A stretch of 64,000 nt of DNA from the human T2T-CHM13v2.0 reference genome, Homo sapiens (GCF_009914755.1 NC_060934.1); one strand, 5' to 3'. Counted from the first letter of the stretch, positions 1-16,302 are shown. Numbers and translations: made by a program. Notes: generated from the sequence alone by a model not told the origin.

Positions 1-156
1 GCTGAGAGCAATACTACCTCTGAAGATAAAATAACTTATTGAGTCAAAATTCTATCTGTATATCAGAAAAAAGGTCTTCTTTTTTTTCATATTCACATTT
101 AGGTGCTATGAGAATCTGTGCTCATTATTTTACACTGAAAGCAGTTAAAAATAAGA

Positions 157-474
<318 letters not shown>

Positions 475-2448
475 TAAGTATCACAATGCTTAAATGTCTT
501 GTGGTTAACCCTTGTTGATCTAAATACAAATGCAAGTTAAGAAAACTTTACATAAAGATTACACAGAATTCTATTCTTAAGGTCTGCCATATGAACGTAG
601 CTCCCTAAAACCAAGTTTAACCAAAAGGCTAAGCATTAGGAATCAATGGACGCAGTGACAGAGCTATAGAAAGATGCAGCTTTGATGCATTTCTCCTTAC
701 CAACATTCTTTTGTAACTCCTAATTCTCAACACATCAGTATCCTCTGTGATATAAACACATATACAATCAAGTAACTATTTTCAGAATGCCATTTATTCC
801 CTCTAGATTTTGAGCCATTTTTTTTTAATCTAGTCAAAGAAGGCACAAGACCTGCAGCTAAGAATATCTCCAGCTTTAGGCAGAATGCCAAGGAACTAGA
901 GATATTAAATAACTTTTAATCAAAACATTCATTCCCATGTGGAGACTGTTCAATGTCTGACATAAGCTTGTGTTTAAAAAATACCATTCCTCTGAAAGAT
1001 AAAAAGAAACAGGCAAGTTCTAGCATTTCTATTTCTATGGCTCTGTTACATTTTTTAACTTTGAAGAGTCAGTTTAAAAATAATTGGGAGTGGTGAGTGT
1101 GATGAGGACATTCTCACATATCAGGCAGTAGGGTTAGTCTAGAAATGACCTCAGGGGTCCTGTTTCAGCTGTAAAAGAATCAAATAGGATTTAAATGGAG
1201 TCCTACAGATATTTGGGGTAAAAAGCATAAGAATTCGAGAATGCAGAGGCAGAGTACAGGGTACATGAGATTGTAAACTCCAGAACCTGAATACTGAGAA
1301 GGGGTAGGAAGGAGTTTGGAATGTTTATTGTACTTACTTTTATTAAATATTTTACGTTTCACTGGGCTAAACAGTTTTATTAGAGAAAGCCAGAATTACA
1401 AAGGACTTAAGGATATATGGTCTTAGTTGCTTGCCCTTGCCCACGGAATGTTTATATCTTAGGGAAAAATGACTTCTTCTTTCTAAGGAGAAAATATCAA
1501 TATAAAAATTTCGCTGGGTACTAAGACATCAAATAATGTCCATGAAATAATGTTTTGACTAGTCAAATCAAAAACAATCTGAAATAAATCGAAATGTTGA
1601 AACAATTGGAGATCTTGTTTCATAGAGGAGTGGGAGTGAATCAGAGAGACCAAGTCATCCAAAAATGCCTGAGCTGATAAAGCCAAGCTCAGCTGCATCA
1701 GTTTTACTTCAGATTTTAAACAAACAAAAAAAAGCATTTTTTTCAGTTATCTTTCGAGGGGAACACTGGCCAAAGATAGCATGTGAAAGATTGGCAAGGA
1801 TATTTGAATAACATAAGGAGTACATGCAAAGTTGGGACCAATCTTTGTTGGAGGATTAAAGAAAAAAAAATCCAAAAAAAGTGCATCTTACCCACATATC
1901 TTGGCCCTAGCTAGACTTTGAACAGCAAAATACCACACATGTTCTCAGAGACTGTCTTTATAATGTCTACAGTCAAATATAGCAGAGTTGGTGGGAAAAG
2001 ATCGGAGAAGCAACCAGAAGCTCAACTTTTTTTCCAATCTGAAATACCAGATTCATCCTTTGAAGACATGGTCGGAAAAGAATTGATAATCAGTAACAAA
2101 CTTTTATTGTTAAATGAATTTTCTTCTAAATTCTTTCCTGTCACAAAAGTACTGTCTTCTTAGTTTGACTTTCCTTTTCTAGTATCATTTATTTTGCCAC
2201 TATCATCCAGCTGAGGAGCTGTGGGCCTTGGGTTTTCTTACCTGGTTAAGTGAAAGAATAATTCTGACATTATCTTTTTATCTAGAAGCTTCAGATCAGG
2301 TAAATTTTACGGGCAATGAGAAGGACAGTGGACTCCACCAAGTTCTCCAGAAAGGTATGAGTGGGACAGCCAAATGCCCTTCTCCAGTTTGTCTGAGTCT
2401 GGTTGGGTCTCTTGATACAGTAACACTTGGTGACCAAGAATAAGCTAA

Positions 2449-2760
<312 letters not shown>

Positions 2761-3689
2761 GCTAATAATTATATTTACCCAAGTTCTGCTTGAAGTATCT
2801 CCTTTCAATGTACATTTGTACAAATTCTTTTGTTCCGTGGTAGGATCCCACCTCTTTGTATGTCATCATTGACTATTATTACTTATTTTTTTAGGAGAGA
2901 CTCCCCATATCCAGTATATGGACAGACATTGTGGTCACATTTTAATGGGCTTCTTTTCTTTGTCACTGTGCATGAGTCCCCCTCTGGCAAAGATTCAAGT
3001 AGGAGTGTCTGACCTTCTTTGGGGCTTCAAGCTTCTTTTTCCCTGCTGGTAACTGAGGTAGGTTCTTTACAGAAACATTTTCAAAACCATTCATGTCGAC
3101 AACATATCTTTCATGCATATAGTCTGACAGGGCTATGCAAACAGACAGATCAAAACAGCACAAAACAGCTGGGAGCATGGCAGAGAAAAGGAATGTGTAA
3201 CACGTGGCTTTGGAAAATTTTAGTAGGGGAGCAGCCCAGTGTGTATGAGATGCAGAGGGAGTTGTCAGTGATGGTGCACATAACCACCAGGAGATGAATG
3301 GCTGTGTAAGCTCATACTCATGGAGGATGGAGAGGCCTGTAGGGGAGCGCCTGGCAGGGGATCTGGGGATAGCAGGGCAGAACCATGCAGTGCCCTGGAT
3401 GTGAGCAGAGAAATCAAGTTAATACTTTACCAATAGCGTGAGGCTTCTTAAGTACAGATGTTATGTGGGGAAAACTGTCAAAACATCCTGAAATATATCC
3501 AGATTTGTGAGTGATTAGCTTGTGCAACTATTTTTTTCCAAGCCCGTATCTGCATGTTTAGTAGGAAGCAATATTTTAAACCAGTCTTCCACCACCCTCT
3601 GAAAGTGGGGCCAAAGCAATGCATGCTCTTAAGTGCAGGGAAGTCACATCAGCATCCCAGCAATGCCACCAAACCCTAAGGTAGATAAT

Positions 3690-3735
3690 ATTGAAAGCAA
3701 TGGCAAAAACCGCAATTACGTTTGCACCAACCTAA
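3690..3735. mobile_element. MADE1 (Hsmar1-derived MITE), partial, one TIR
   Basis: aatggcaaaaaccgcaattacgtttgcaccaacctaa followed by TA matches the MADE1/Hsmar1 terminal inverted repeat. Confidence 0.85.
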
Positions 3736-4369
3736 TACTTGAGTCTTAGAAATGGTTGGTTCTACCATCATAGTACAAATATCATAGGGGTTAATGGCCT
3801 TGCCAAAGAAGGTTGTGGGTTATCATCCAATGAAATCAGGCCATTTTCCACTCAAAATCTCATTTTCTATACTTGGTAAATCATACTCCTGTTAGTTTAT
3901 TCTTACACCTCACATAATCATCAGAAGTTGAATGCATGTGAAATTGCGTGAAGCACAAATAATTTATTAAAAGAAACAGCTTAAACAGTCCTACTTAACT
4001 CCTGGTCAACGAATGCAGGAGGCACTGAAGTAAAGAAGGCTTGCTAAACAGACGAAGGTGAAATTGTGGTAATAAACTCTCTTTCAACTCCATCTGGAGT
4101 TCATATTCCTCTTTGGCATTCCCTGAAGCTGAATGACTGAGGAACTTCCTTCCTCTACTTTTCATGTTTTCTTCTGAGGGCAAGTTGCACGCATAAGAAA
4201 ACTTCAGTGTCAGCTACCGCGCTACATGGGAGGTCTCTGGGATTAACCTCCCCGACTCTTCTGAGACCAAACTGGGTAAACCAGCACGATCATTTGACCA
4301 TGATGACAAAAGGACTCTACCCAGCCTCCTTGGCAACTCTCTTTGAATCAGTAAAGGTATCAGGAATGG

Positions 4370-5190
4370 TCAAGTCACTTATCCAGTATTATTCATCAAC
4401 CATCTAATCATTTCTTGCAGAAATAGTAATTGAGAACCTACTGTGTACCAGGCATTCTTCTAGACATTGGGGATAGAGTGATTAGTAAAAGACACAAACT
4501 GCTGTCCTTGTCACACTTGATCTCATTATGTTCACATTCTAGTGAAGACAGACAATCAAGAAGAAAAATATTAAAAATAGGTAGTGCTAAGTGCCAATTA
4601 GAAAATAAAGCAGGGAAAGGGGACAGAGATATTGGGAAGCAAAAATTGCTGTTGAAAATGAGGTGGCTAGGGAGGGCCTCGCTGAGAAGGTGACATTTCC
4701 AGAAGCCCTTGGGGAAGGGAGGGAATCAGTATGCCAGTATCTGGGGGAAGAACCTAGCAGAAGAGGAAACAGAGCAAAGGCCCGAGGTAGGAGCCTGCCT
4801 GTGGTGCCCTCCTGGAGGAAGGGACCATGCCATTCTGCTGGAGCACAGTCGTGAGGGGAAACTGAAGTCTTTGAGCAGAACGTAGTGATATAATTTATGT
4901 TTGAACAGTGTCAGTCCATTGCTTTAATGAGAATGGACTAAATTGGTGGCAAGGTAAGAGTGGGAGAGGACTGGGAGGGTCAGCGGATAGGGAGGGAAAG
5001 GCAGGAAGAAGCAGAGGACCAATTAAGAGGTAAGAATTCCGAGAGAGAGGATGGTGACTCTGCTGAGCCTGGGAGGGGTCCCCTACAGGTGGAAGTGGCT
5101 GCATTCTGTATACACACACTGAAGGTATAGCCTGAGGATCAGATGTGTGATGTGAACCAAAAGAGTTCAGAATAATGATAAGCTTTTTCG
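4370..5190 (-). mobile_element. L2 fragment
   Basis: Typical L2 motifs (cctactgtgtaccaggcattcttctagacattggggata; gggagggcctcgctgagaaggtgacattt). Boundaries approximate. Confidence 0.65.
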
Positions 5191-8100
5191 TGAGCTATTT
5201 ATTTCTGCTTCCCTGTTCCGGGAACTGACACCTCTAGTTCAGCATTGTTAACCCTGAATTGTAATGGTTTATGTAGCTGTCTTTTCCACCGTACTATGAG
5301 GTCATTTTCAGGGATTTTGTCCTGTTCCTATTAATTTCTCTCTCATTGTGCGCACACAGTGTAAGGAAACAGGCCCTCAATTAATTTTTATTAAATTAAA
5401 AGGCCTTATGGATATCAGAAAGTAAAACCTGCATATACAAATGTGTCTGCAGACTCAAAGTCTAAAACAGATGAATTTAGGCTTAAAGTAAGTCAGAGAA
5501 TCACTTGGAACTTCAATAAAGAATGAAAATATAATGTGAGCCATTACAGTTCTTCAGACTGTTAATGCTGAAAGACTGCCATGTAATACCTCTGGTATAC
5601 GGCAGAGGTTAACCGGTTAATCTCTATATATTTTAATTATTTGAATTTCTCTAAAAAATCTCTTTACCCCATGTAATTGGATAATTTCATAACATCAGAA
5701 TAATAATGCATTAATAATTTCTTCCAGGAATTAGATTATCTCCAGAAGCAAAGGAAATGTAAAGAAATGGACAGGTTACTTTCAGGATTAATTCCAGGTA
5801 AGTTACAACAGAATTAAGGCTTAAGAAAGCCCTCTATTGCACAGACCATCTTGCTTTTAAAAAACACACAAAACAAACAAGCAAATCACTAAAAGCATAG
5901 TCAAGATGATACATTGAAAAAAGAATTCACTAATGTGATTTCTGTGTCTGCAATTCAGAACTTCCTCCTTCTGACTTATTCTCTCTAGGCTGAGGGCAGA
6001 GGCATTTTTGGGGGAGAATAAAGTGGTGGACTAATTTTGAAAGTCTAATCATGGCAAATATTAGAAATTACTGGTAGAATTGTTGTTAAGATTCACTAAG
6101 GAAAATATCAGTGAAAGTGTTCTGTAACCGTTAAGTGCCAATTATTATCAGACAAATATAATTATGGGTTCAAAAATCACTAAGAGTGTATCTTGTATGT
6201 TGACTTTAATAAGAATGGCAGAACACTTTCATCAAGAGATCCTTTCCTTTTGGATTACCAGCTGTGTCCTTTATTGATATGGAATAGCTGAAAGATAGGT
6301 AACAGAATTATCCACTGAGGATATGCAGAATTATTTAACAGTCTCTTTCTTTTCACCACCTACTTTGAAAGGAAAAACTGTATGGGCTGGAATATATTTC
6401 TTCATCAGAAAGTTCCAGTATAAACACATCACAAACTGATGTTTTCTTTTCTTCTTTCATCATGAAAAGTCAACATACTTAGTTGTATTTGACCAACTTG
6501 TCAAGCTTCCTGTTATTAAGCAGTAATAGAAAAAAAGTAAAAGGAACGCAGAACATAAGACATTAATGTACTGAACAATGCATATATTCCTTATTCTCTT
6601 TGCCCATTGCAGTGGCCTCATTAATCGCACTCCTGTGGACTCTCTTGGGCCCATCAATGCTTTTCTGGGCTGAGCCACAAAGAACCCAGCCATGTGACTG
6701 GTGCTTGGGCAGCAGCCAAAATCCTTCCTGGCCCTGGCACATGGGTGAGCCCCAGGCATCAATCAAGCCCTGTTGCTATCTCATTTGGCACTCCGCTTTC
6801 CAAGGACAATTTCATCCTGGGGACAAGGCTGGGTCAGGCATAGGAATCCCAGCTCTTCTGTTTTTCCCTTCTGGGTAGAATACAAGATGTACCAGTTCAG
6901 AGCGCGAAGGACAGTGTGGGACAGCAGGCTGAGGGTGGCACAGAGAATGGTACATGTATCTTCTGTGCGCCAGATGATTCAGCTTCACTGCAATTCTATG
7001 CTTGAGTTCTTTAGTACAGAATCCCTAAACTTCCATCACAGATTTAATTTTTTGAATTATTTGTATGCATGTAGTCTAACACGTATCTGTTTGTTTTGGA
7101 TGATCACATAACAGCAATAATCCACCTTTAATTGTTCTACTTAATGCTCTCATCTTTAGGCAAATGGATTAAAAAATGTTTCTCTATATAATTATTCTTA
7201 AAAATTATTCTTATAAAGATCTTGAAAATGATACCCAGAGGAGAAACAACCTATAATTGGAAAAGCGTTATTATTCATACAAGTAATTCACTGTTTAAGA
7301 ATACTCATTCACAAAAGGCATTACCAAAAAAATTTACAAGTCCAAAAACTTGGGGAAAACAAGGGAGGATTTGAGGGTGTGGCTGAGTGTAACTCTCTCC
7401 TTTTTCTCCTGGGGGCAGCTGATCTTTCCGTTTGCTAATTCACTAAGGAGAGGCTAAGCACCAGTATTTTCCATCTTCATCACCTGCAGGTTGATCCATC
7501 ATTTGTTATTCTTATTACAAAAGGGCATATATAAAATTCAACTTAGTAAAATAATTTGGCATTTGTTATAAGACTATTTCCTTGTCTATGCCTTAGAAGA
7601 TCCTGGAACACATGAGAGATTTGTCAACTCGTTCAACTAACATCGATCAAGCTCCTACAAGACACCAGGCCACGTATCGGGGATAGAAAATAGAAAGACA
7701 AAATCTCTGTCCTAAATATACTAGGATAATAGGATAAGGGGAATGGGAGAAAATTAAGGAGCCAATTTTCCCGCAATACAGTTATTGCTACGATAGGGAT
7801 TTGCAAAGCTGTCCTATGGGAACATACGGAGAGACACCTCACCTGGATTCCGAAGGTGACAGAGAGGGTGGGAAGAGTGCAGAGAGGAATTCTAGGAGTA
7901 CGTGACACTTGTTCTAATTCTTAGCATATGAGTAGTGATTAGCTAGCTTGAGAATAGGTGGGATAGGGGCCTAAATTCTAACATAATGCATGTTTGTGGG
8001 CCTGGAGGGTACAAAGGGCACAGAACTGCAAATACTTTGTTATGTCTGGACCAAGACAGGAGGCTGGGAAGGCAGGCTGGGATTCAATCCAGAGAAACAA

Positions 8101-8417
8101 ATAAGAATGGAGTCTCATGCCCATGAGTCTAGTAACCAACCCCAGTGAGAGGACCCACTTGATCACTCAACTCGGCACCCAATTTCTAGTCAGAGTGACT
8201 GGGTACAAAACAGAGGTCACGTGCATGCTGCCAGAGATTACCACCATGTTCACCAGTTCCAGAACGAACCAGCTACAAAAGACAAAATTGTTACTATTTG
8301 ATGAAGAAACGGAAAATTTTCACAGAACGTGGTGTTCTCTATTTGGCTATCACAGGGTATCTGGTGAAACGTTTCTTGCTAGAAAAAGATATAAACATAA
8401 CCACAGGCTGAGAAACA

Positions 8418-8457
8418 GGCCCCTGGGTCAGACTATGGGCCCCTGGGTCAGACTATG
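8418..8457. repeat. Perfect 20-bp tandem duplication
   Basis: ggcccctgggtcagactatg x2. Confidence 0.9.
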
Positions 8458-8714
8458 AGCCACTGAGGCAGGGGGGGTTCTATCTCTGAGAAAAGGGAAC
8501 CAGCATGATTTTGTGTGACAGTATGACAGTGTCCCATCGTTAGTTTCAGGGTTATATTCAGCTATTAAGGATCTGGTTCCATTTTTTTAAGTTCACATAG
8601 TGATTTACGTTTTCAACGAGACTAACTTAAAGTTCCATAAATAATTAAAACATATATAGTCTAACACACAAACCTTTCTTCATATATCATAGACTACTTT
8701 GTCCATAAGGATAT

Positions 8715-9003
8715 TTCTTTTCTTTTCTTTTTTTTTTGAGACAGGGTCTTGCTCTGTTTCCCAGGCTATAGTACAGTTGTGCAATCCTAGCTCACTGCAG
8801 CCACCACCTCCCACACTCAGGTGATTCTCCCACCTCAACCTCCCGAGTAGCCACAACACCTGGCTAATTTTTTGTATTTTTTTAGTAGAGATGGGGCTAC
8901 ACCATGTTGGCCAGGCTGATCTCAAACACCTGGCCTCAAGTGATCCACCTGCCTCAGCCTCCCAGAGTGCTGGGATTATAGGCATGAGCCATTGCACCTG
9001 GCC
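8715..9003 (-). mobile_element. Alu (AluJ-type)
   Basis: Poly-T then gagacagggtcttgctctg...cctggcc; diverged, with a small internal deletion. Confidence 0.93.
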
Positions 9004-9019
9004 TATTTCTCTTCTTAAA

Positions 9020-9310
9020 GAATTTTTATTGAGATATAATGGAAATATACCAAATTTGCATATTTATTGTTTAATTTGATTAATTTTGACATACGTATTC
9101 CCCATGAACCATCATCATGATCAAAATGGCAAACATTTCCATCACCCCTAAAATTTCCTTATGTTCCTTTGTGATCCATCCCTCCCCTCCATCCTCTTCT
9201 CTAGGAAACCAGTGATCTACTTTCCATCACTATAGATTAGATTGCATTTTCTAGGATGTTACAGAAATGGAATCACACAGTATGTGCTCTTTTTTGCTTG
9301 GCGTCCCTTA
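9020..9310 (-). mobile_element. Old L1M 3'-end fragment
   Basis: tttattgagatataa...ccatcaccccta...tagattagattgcattttctag...aaatggaatcacacagtatgt are L1MB/ME 3'UTR motifs. Confidence 0.65.
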
Positions 9311-9925
9311 CTCAAAAGCTCTCTCTCTAATCGTCAAAAATTCTTCCCTTCTGGCTGAGGTTTGGTAACGAGTATCAGAAAATTCCAGGACGGTGTTTAC
9401 CAAAGTGGGGCCAGAGGACCATCTGCCTCAGAGTCTTCTAGGTACTGGCTAAAATTGGCTGATTCACCTCTTCCAGAACTCTTACATCCGAATGACTGCT
9501 CTGTTCAAATAGGAGAGCTAACAGTTTTAACCTAACCTCTTAGGGAACAACTATTTCTATCTCTTGGTTCAAATTGCTGCTTTTCTTTCATGCCTTTCTA
9601 CTCTTTTCTATAACCTGAGCAATTTTTAGTTCTTTTTGTTACAGCAGCACACTGAACTGAATGTCTTTAAGACACAACCAGTAATAATTTTCCAAGACCT
9701 CTTGGTACCATATATTTAAAAGTGTGGTTTGGATTACTTTTCCATAAAAAGCATATGCATTGCTAACTTTCTTCCCTTAGTTACTTTGCTATCTATTTAT
9801 AAAGTCTGCCATTAGGGCCAGTACTTGAGTGAAGAAAATGAAGCACTTCTTCAAGTGCAAAATGTAAGAGGGTACCAAAAAAACTTCAGTGATCCAGATA
9901 ATACTTAAAAAAAAAAAAAAATTCA

Positions 9926-10241
<316 letters not shown>

Positions 10242-11621
10242 TTAAGGCAAAAAAATCCATGGTGGACAAAGTATCAAAATTTTAAATAAAGTCAGCATGA
10301 GTAACAGTGCCATATTGTGTCTGAGGCAGAAGGAAAAAAAAAACCAAAATAGCAATTGTGATCCTGTCTTTTTAAGATTATTATTATTTACATTTTATGC
10401 CCAAAGCGAGTGACTCCCTCAGTATGCCCTAGTCCTGGCCCTGGTCCACCTCCTGGTCCACGTGAAGTTTCACTGTGCAACGGGCTGCTTGCCATCCTAA
10501 CATCATCATTACAATGTTATTTCTGGCCCAGGCTTTAGAATGTGCTATGAACATTAAGAGCTAACTCAAAATGCTGTATCTAGACACACTCACTGATCCT
10601 TACTTTTTTGCTTGCCGTAAAACACAAGCACAACCAATCCCAGGCAAAGATACAAACACCAGTCACTACAGTCCTGAATTTTTTAAAGGGCCTCAACTGT
10701 GCATTGAGAATGGGGTGTGTTCATTCGTGTCTGATTACAGGTAACTTCAACATGAAACTAGACATACAGAAACCATAGCTCTGATTAATGTTATCATTTA
10801 AAACATGTACTTTACTTCTCATAGGAACCAACAACATTTGAGAAAAATCAGTGTCTAAGAATAAACTAGATAATAAATGGGTTCTAACTGGACTCAAAAT
10901 AAGCCCAGAAATTGCTGGGGATAAGGGCAAGTACAGTGGTTCTGAATGTTTTTGTTAAATGATTTGGGGAAAACATGCCAAGATTCCCATTCACTCTCAG
11001 AAGGTTTGCTTGGATGTATCATTTTTACTGAAAGCAAAAGGACTCATGCTCCGCTACTTAATGGATGCATATAAAGAATTAAGTTATTTGTTGTGGAATA
11101 AAGAATTTAAGAGGAACACTGGAATATCAGAGCTCGTAATAGATGGTGAGTGCTGGTCTTCAGGGTCTACACAGTACTGTGTAAGATTCAGAATGTACCA
11201 GGAGGAAATTTCAAGTAATTTTGTCATCCATCATCATCACAAACTACAACAGCATGGTGGATGGGGAAGATATGGGCTTTGGAGTCAGACAGATTCAAGA
11301 GGAAAGTCCAGCTGCACTCTGTCCTGGCTGTCTGACCTTGGCCCTTTTTTGTGCCTGTTTCTCCAACCGTGAAATGAGCCTATTTTGCAGGCTCGCCACA
11401 AGAGTGAAGCAGGACAGGACACATGCAGCACGTAGCACAGGCCTGGTGCCTGGGGCACCCTGATTAAACTGTAGTTGTTATCACTGTCAGCAACATAGGC
11501 TTTATTCAGTGTCTGAAGGTTCTCTGACCTGCAGACAGATCAATGAAGGAAATTTTATAGGGGAAAAAAAAAACAATAAAATCTGCAATTATTTACCTAT
11601 GTGTGACTAGACAAAAGGGAC

Positions 11622-11993
11622 TGATATGGTTTGGCTGTGTCCCCACCCAAATCTCGAATCGTAGCTCCCGTGATTCTCACATGTCGTGATGTCGTGGGAG
11701 GGACCCAGTGGGAGGTAACTGAATCTTGAGAGCAGGTCTTTCTCATGCTATTCTCATGACAGTGAATAAGTATCATGAGATCTGGTGGTTTCATAAAGGG
11801 CAGTTCCCCTGCACATGCTCTCTCTCTTGCCTGCCACCATGTAAGATGTGACTTTGCTCCTCCTTTGCCTTCTGCCATGATTGTCAGGCCTCCCCAGCCA
11901 CACGGAACTGTGAGTCCATTAAACCTCTTTTTCTTTATAAATTACCTAGTCTCAAATATGTCTTTATTACCAGTGTAAGAACTGACTAATACA
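11622..11993 (+). mobile_element. THE1-type MaLR solo LTR
   Basis: tgatatggtttggctgtgtccccacccaaatctc...gactaataca; 5-bp TSD GGGAC at 11617-21 and 11994-98. Confidence 0.93.
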
Positions 11994-14900
11994 GGGACTG
12001 AAGGGCCAGATTCCTGATAAAGGCAGAGCCCATCCTGTTTGCCTATATTTTCAGTGCTAAGTCCTTAAATGTGGACATTTCATTTTTATAAGAGCTCCAG
12101 GAGACAACTCTTGAGTTGAGCGACATCCCTTTAAGAAGAGGCGCTTTCCTTGCCAAAAAAGAGCAGCTGATCAAAGTCATGGTTACTATGTATGGTTTTG
12201 TTCCTGACATTTTAAAAGATCCAGAAAAGAGCTTCAAAAGTTCATCCAAAAGTGGATATAAAGTAGGTGGTGGAAAAAAGGCCATAAGAGAGCTGGAGTT
12301 ATTCACCCCAGAGAAGAGAGGGTTGACAGATTTCAAAGTGCAGAGCGTTACAACACTCATGCTACTCTGTTTCCTTCATCTCCATGGAATAGAAGGGCTC
12401 CTATCAATACTTTTTTTTGGATAGATGGATGATTTCCCTTCCTGAAGACATGGGGTCAACCAGATGACCTTTTGAAATCTCTTCTAGTTCCAATCTTTGC
12501 ACAAATCCAAAAGAGCAAATAGAAATCCAGCTCACCAATGTAGGGTCCCAGTAGGTTGAGGTAGCTTGGCACAGTGGAAAGAGTGAGAGCCAGGAGTCAG
12601 GCAGAGTGGCTTTGAATCTGCCTCTGAGACTCACTTGTTGGGCAAATTTATGGTAGTAAAAGAACTCAACCTTTTACTCAATGGTAGCACCAAGATCATC
12701 TCTGCCTCCTACAGTTCCTGAAAGGATTAACTAATGTTGGCAAAGCACCTAATGTGTTGACTGGCACACAGTAGGCTTTTGAAAAATTGGAGCTTTTATT
12801 CTAATTGGCAAAAGAATGGGTAGAATAGTTCCATTTAAATCATAAGAGAGCAATAACACTGTGGTTATACCACATCAGGAACATTGCAAATTCAAGTTGG
12901 CCAACTGCCTACCACTGACAACTCCTCATCCCACAGAATCCTCTCTGCAAACTAGAGCTTGTCCATGCCAAAGAATGTTTGAGGGGCAACTTATTAACTA
13001 CCTTTTGCTATGAAGCAGAGGAAACCGAAGGCAAGGTCTAAAACATGTTGGTTTAAATCTGGCTTCTCTCACTGTCACCACAAGAATCAAATTAATTATT
13101 TTAAAAAGGTTTCGAATACATTTTCAAGAATAGGGAATGTATTTCACATGCCTCAAAGTTTATGTCTTGAGTACATCCCACTGAACTGTAATTCTCACTA
13201 AGTACAGTAAAAATGTCAGTCACAAAACAGGTTTGCAAACCAAACAAGTTTTGCAAAAACAAAAAAGGTTTGTAAAAGCTATAATTATGATTCCTCTCCT
13301 TCACAAATGATATAAAGGTAAAACTTGAAGTCATTAAGAAATTAAACAGCTCTCTCAGAGCCGGGAAATGTACTGGTTAGGGACCTATAGTGAATTAAAA
13401 AACTCCTACTTCTCTCAGTTTTTTCCATAAAAATGTAACTTTTTGGCATTACGTCAATGTGATATTACATATTTAGCATTTACAGAAAGATGCTGGAGTG
13501 CAAGAGAGAGGAGCTCTGGTTTTTATTCTTTAACTAGAGGTGGGGTCTGTGTCAGGACGCCTGGAGGCTGTGAGGAATTGGAAAAGGCAGAGGAAATACA
13601 AGGTACAAACATGCACACAAAGCAAGGCCCTAAGGAGAACGTGGCCAGAAACACAGGAGTGTTCCTGAAGCCCCTCAATGTTGCTCAGAGAATCAAACTT
13701 GGCTTGGGGGAGCACTTCCTGTTTCTATCAAAGGGATAATGGGTTACAGTTGACAGAACCAAATGTTACAGACAAGGGAGCAGAACAATGCACTTTGAAC
13801 CGATGGAGTCACAGGAAAGAGCAGCTTATTTTTGTTGGGAGGGAACACACACGCAGGTATGGCATGTTGTATTGTAAAATGACTCCAGCTATGTCAGAGA
13901 GCTGGACGGGGCCCAGTGTGGATCTATGAAGGCCATCGTGCCATTAAATAAATGCTATGCAGGAATCTCACAAGATAATGAAGCAGCCCTTTTATTACCA
14001 CCACACCAGCTTTACGCTGAGGGGTCATGTTAAATTTCGTTGTTTGAAATGAATACATTTCATTGTTGTTGTTTTCTCTTTTTTTTTCTGTTATTTTTTC
14101 ACAGGTATTGACAAATGCATAAATTTCTAGTGGCAACAAACCACTGAGCTGTTGAAATAGTCTCTAGATTCTAAACCCAAATATTTCCATTAACTCATCA
14201 TCAGGCTCATCATTTTCATGACACTGTTTTAGAAGTGGGGATATAAAAAAGTCCTTTGAAATCTACTGTATTTATCCTTACACTGCCTAAAGTCATCAAA
14301 TCAAGCTTCCTCAAAACCATAGGTGTTACAAACCTGACTGCCCAGCAGTTACAAGCAGGTTCATTTATAATTGTTATTTTTACATGTAGAACAATTGGAC
14401 AAAAGAAAAAAGCAAAATGGCACCTAAGATAACAATCAACAACATTATAGAAAGAAAAAAAATCCAGGAAATTCAAGGAAAAGAAAACTATCTATGATGT
14501 AGGATACTAAGTTCAAAAGTCCTTGTTACCAAGGGGACATTAAAATCGTGTTTTGCTTCCATAACTCTCTGAGTCCCCTTGAAAGAAAGTGGTCTAAGTC
14601 ACAGATTCTTTCAGTGTGTGAAATAATTCCTGGGAATAGGGCAAACTCTTTCAGCAGTTTATTCATTATTTTAGGCCACTTAGATAAATGACAATAAAAG
14701 TCCGTTCAAAGAGCTACTGGCTTGTAGAAATAGAAGAATCTTCAGAAATGCTTATCTCAATACCAAGGAGTAATTCACGTGCTTGGAGTACCTAACTAAT
14801 AAAATCCTGTAAGGTGATATGATGTTTGATGTTAAGAAGAGACAACAAGGCCATGATATCTACGTTCTACACTGAAAATGAAATGTGTTCATTTATAATT

Positions 14901-15645
14901 AAGTGGTAAAAAAAAAGTCTCCATTAATACAGAATTTAACAGCTATAACCCATTCATTGAGAGAGACGTTAAGTTATGGTGGCAAGGAGAGGTTGCTAAA
15001 TATTTTAAGGCACTTTGACCATGTTCCTACCCATATTAATGTCCTTCTAGAGGAGTTTTCCCATTACTAGATTTTTTTCTCCTTTTTAAAAAAATAAACG
15101 TTAGTGTTTCTGTTCATTTTGGAAATATGTCTTGCGAAGGACTTTGGAGATATTTTTCTTTCTTTTTAAAAATGACCTTCTAATAAAAATAATAGACTTT
15201 TCAGATAACACAAAATCCAAAGCAAATAACATTAGACTCTGCCAATATGGTCATGAAAAGACCAAACAGTCTTTCTGAAGTAGGGTGACCAAGTGCCAAA
15301 ATAACTTAAAACATTCTAACAGAAGGCAAGTGAAGTGTTACTCAGAGAACCAGCAATCAAAGCAGCCCGCAGTTGGAGGGTGTTACAGAATCCTAATCTA
15401 GCAAACCTTCCAGCTTGACCACTGGTTGTTTTCAACACAGTACTTCCTCATTGGCAGGGCACGCTTCTTTTCTTGACATCAGGAAACAATACCATTTTTT
15501 TTTCTTTTCCTTTTCTTAGACACAGTGCAGAACCCAGCACATTTCAAGGCCATATGATGTGGTTTTTGTTGATTTGTAAACCCGCTGCTGGTTTTGAAAA
15601 GGAAATTGCATTCAAGCTCAACCACGCTGTACTAGTCTTGGTTTA

Positions 15646-15819
<174 letters not shown>

Positions 15820-16080
15820 TCAGCACCCTCAGTGCCATCAATTCACTTGCATTAAGTTTCCTTATTCTATCTGACGGGATTTAAGCTAAGTCTTAATTCC
15901 CTTCCTGGAATCATCTGTCTCAACCCTCATTCAGGATACCAGAGCCACAGTCTCCGGTTTGCATTTTGCTTTTGTTTTCTCTCGTGGCACTAAAAAGGTT
16001 AGTTTTGTTTTGAATGTGTAATTTATCCACGCTCCTCCTTTAGAAAAAATCAGACTGGCAACCAGCAATGATGTGCCCTA

Positions 16081-16302
<222 letters not shown>

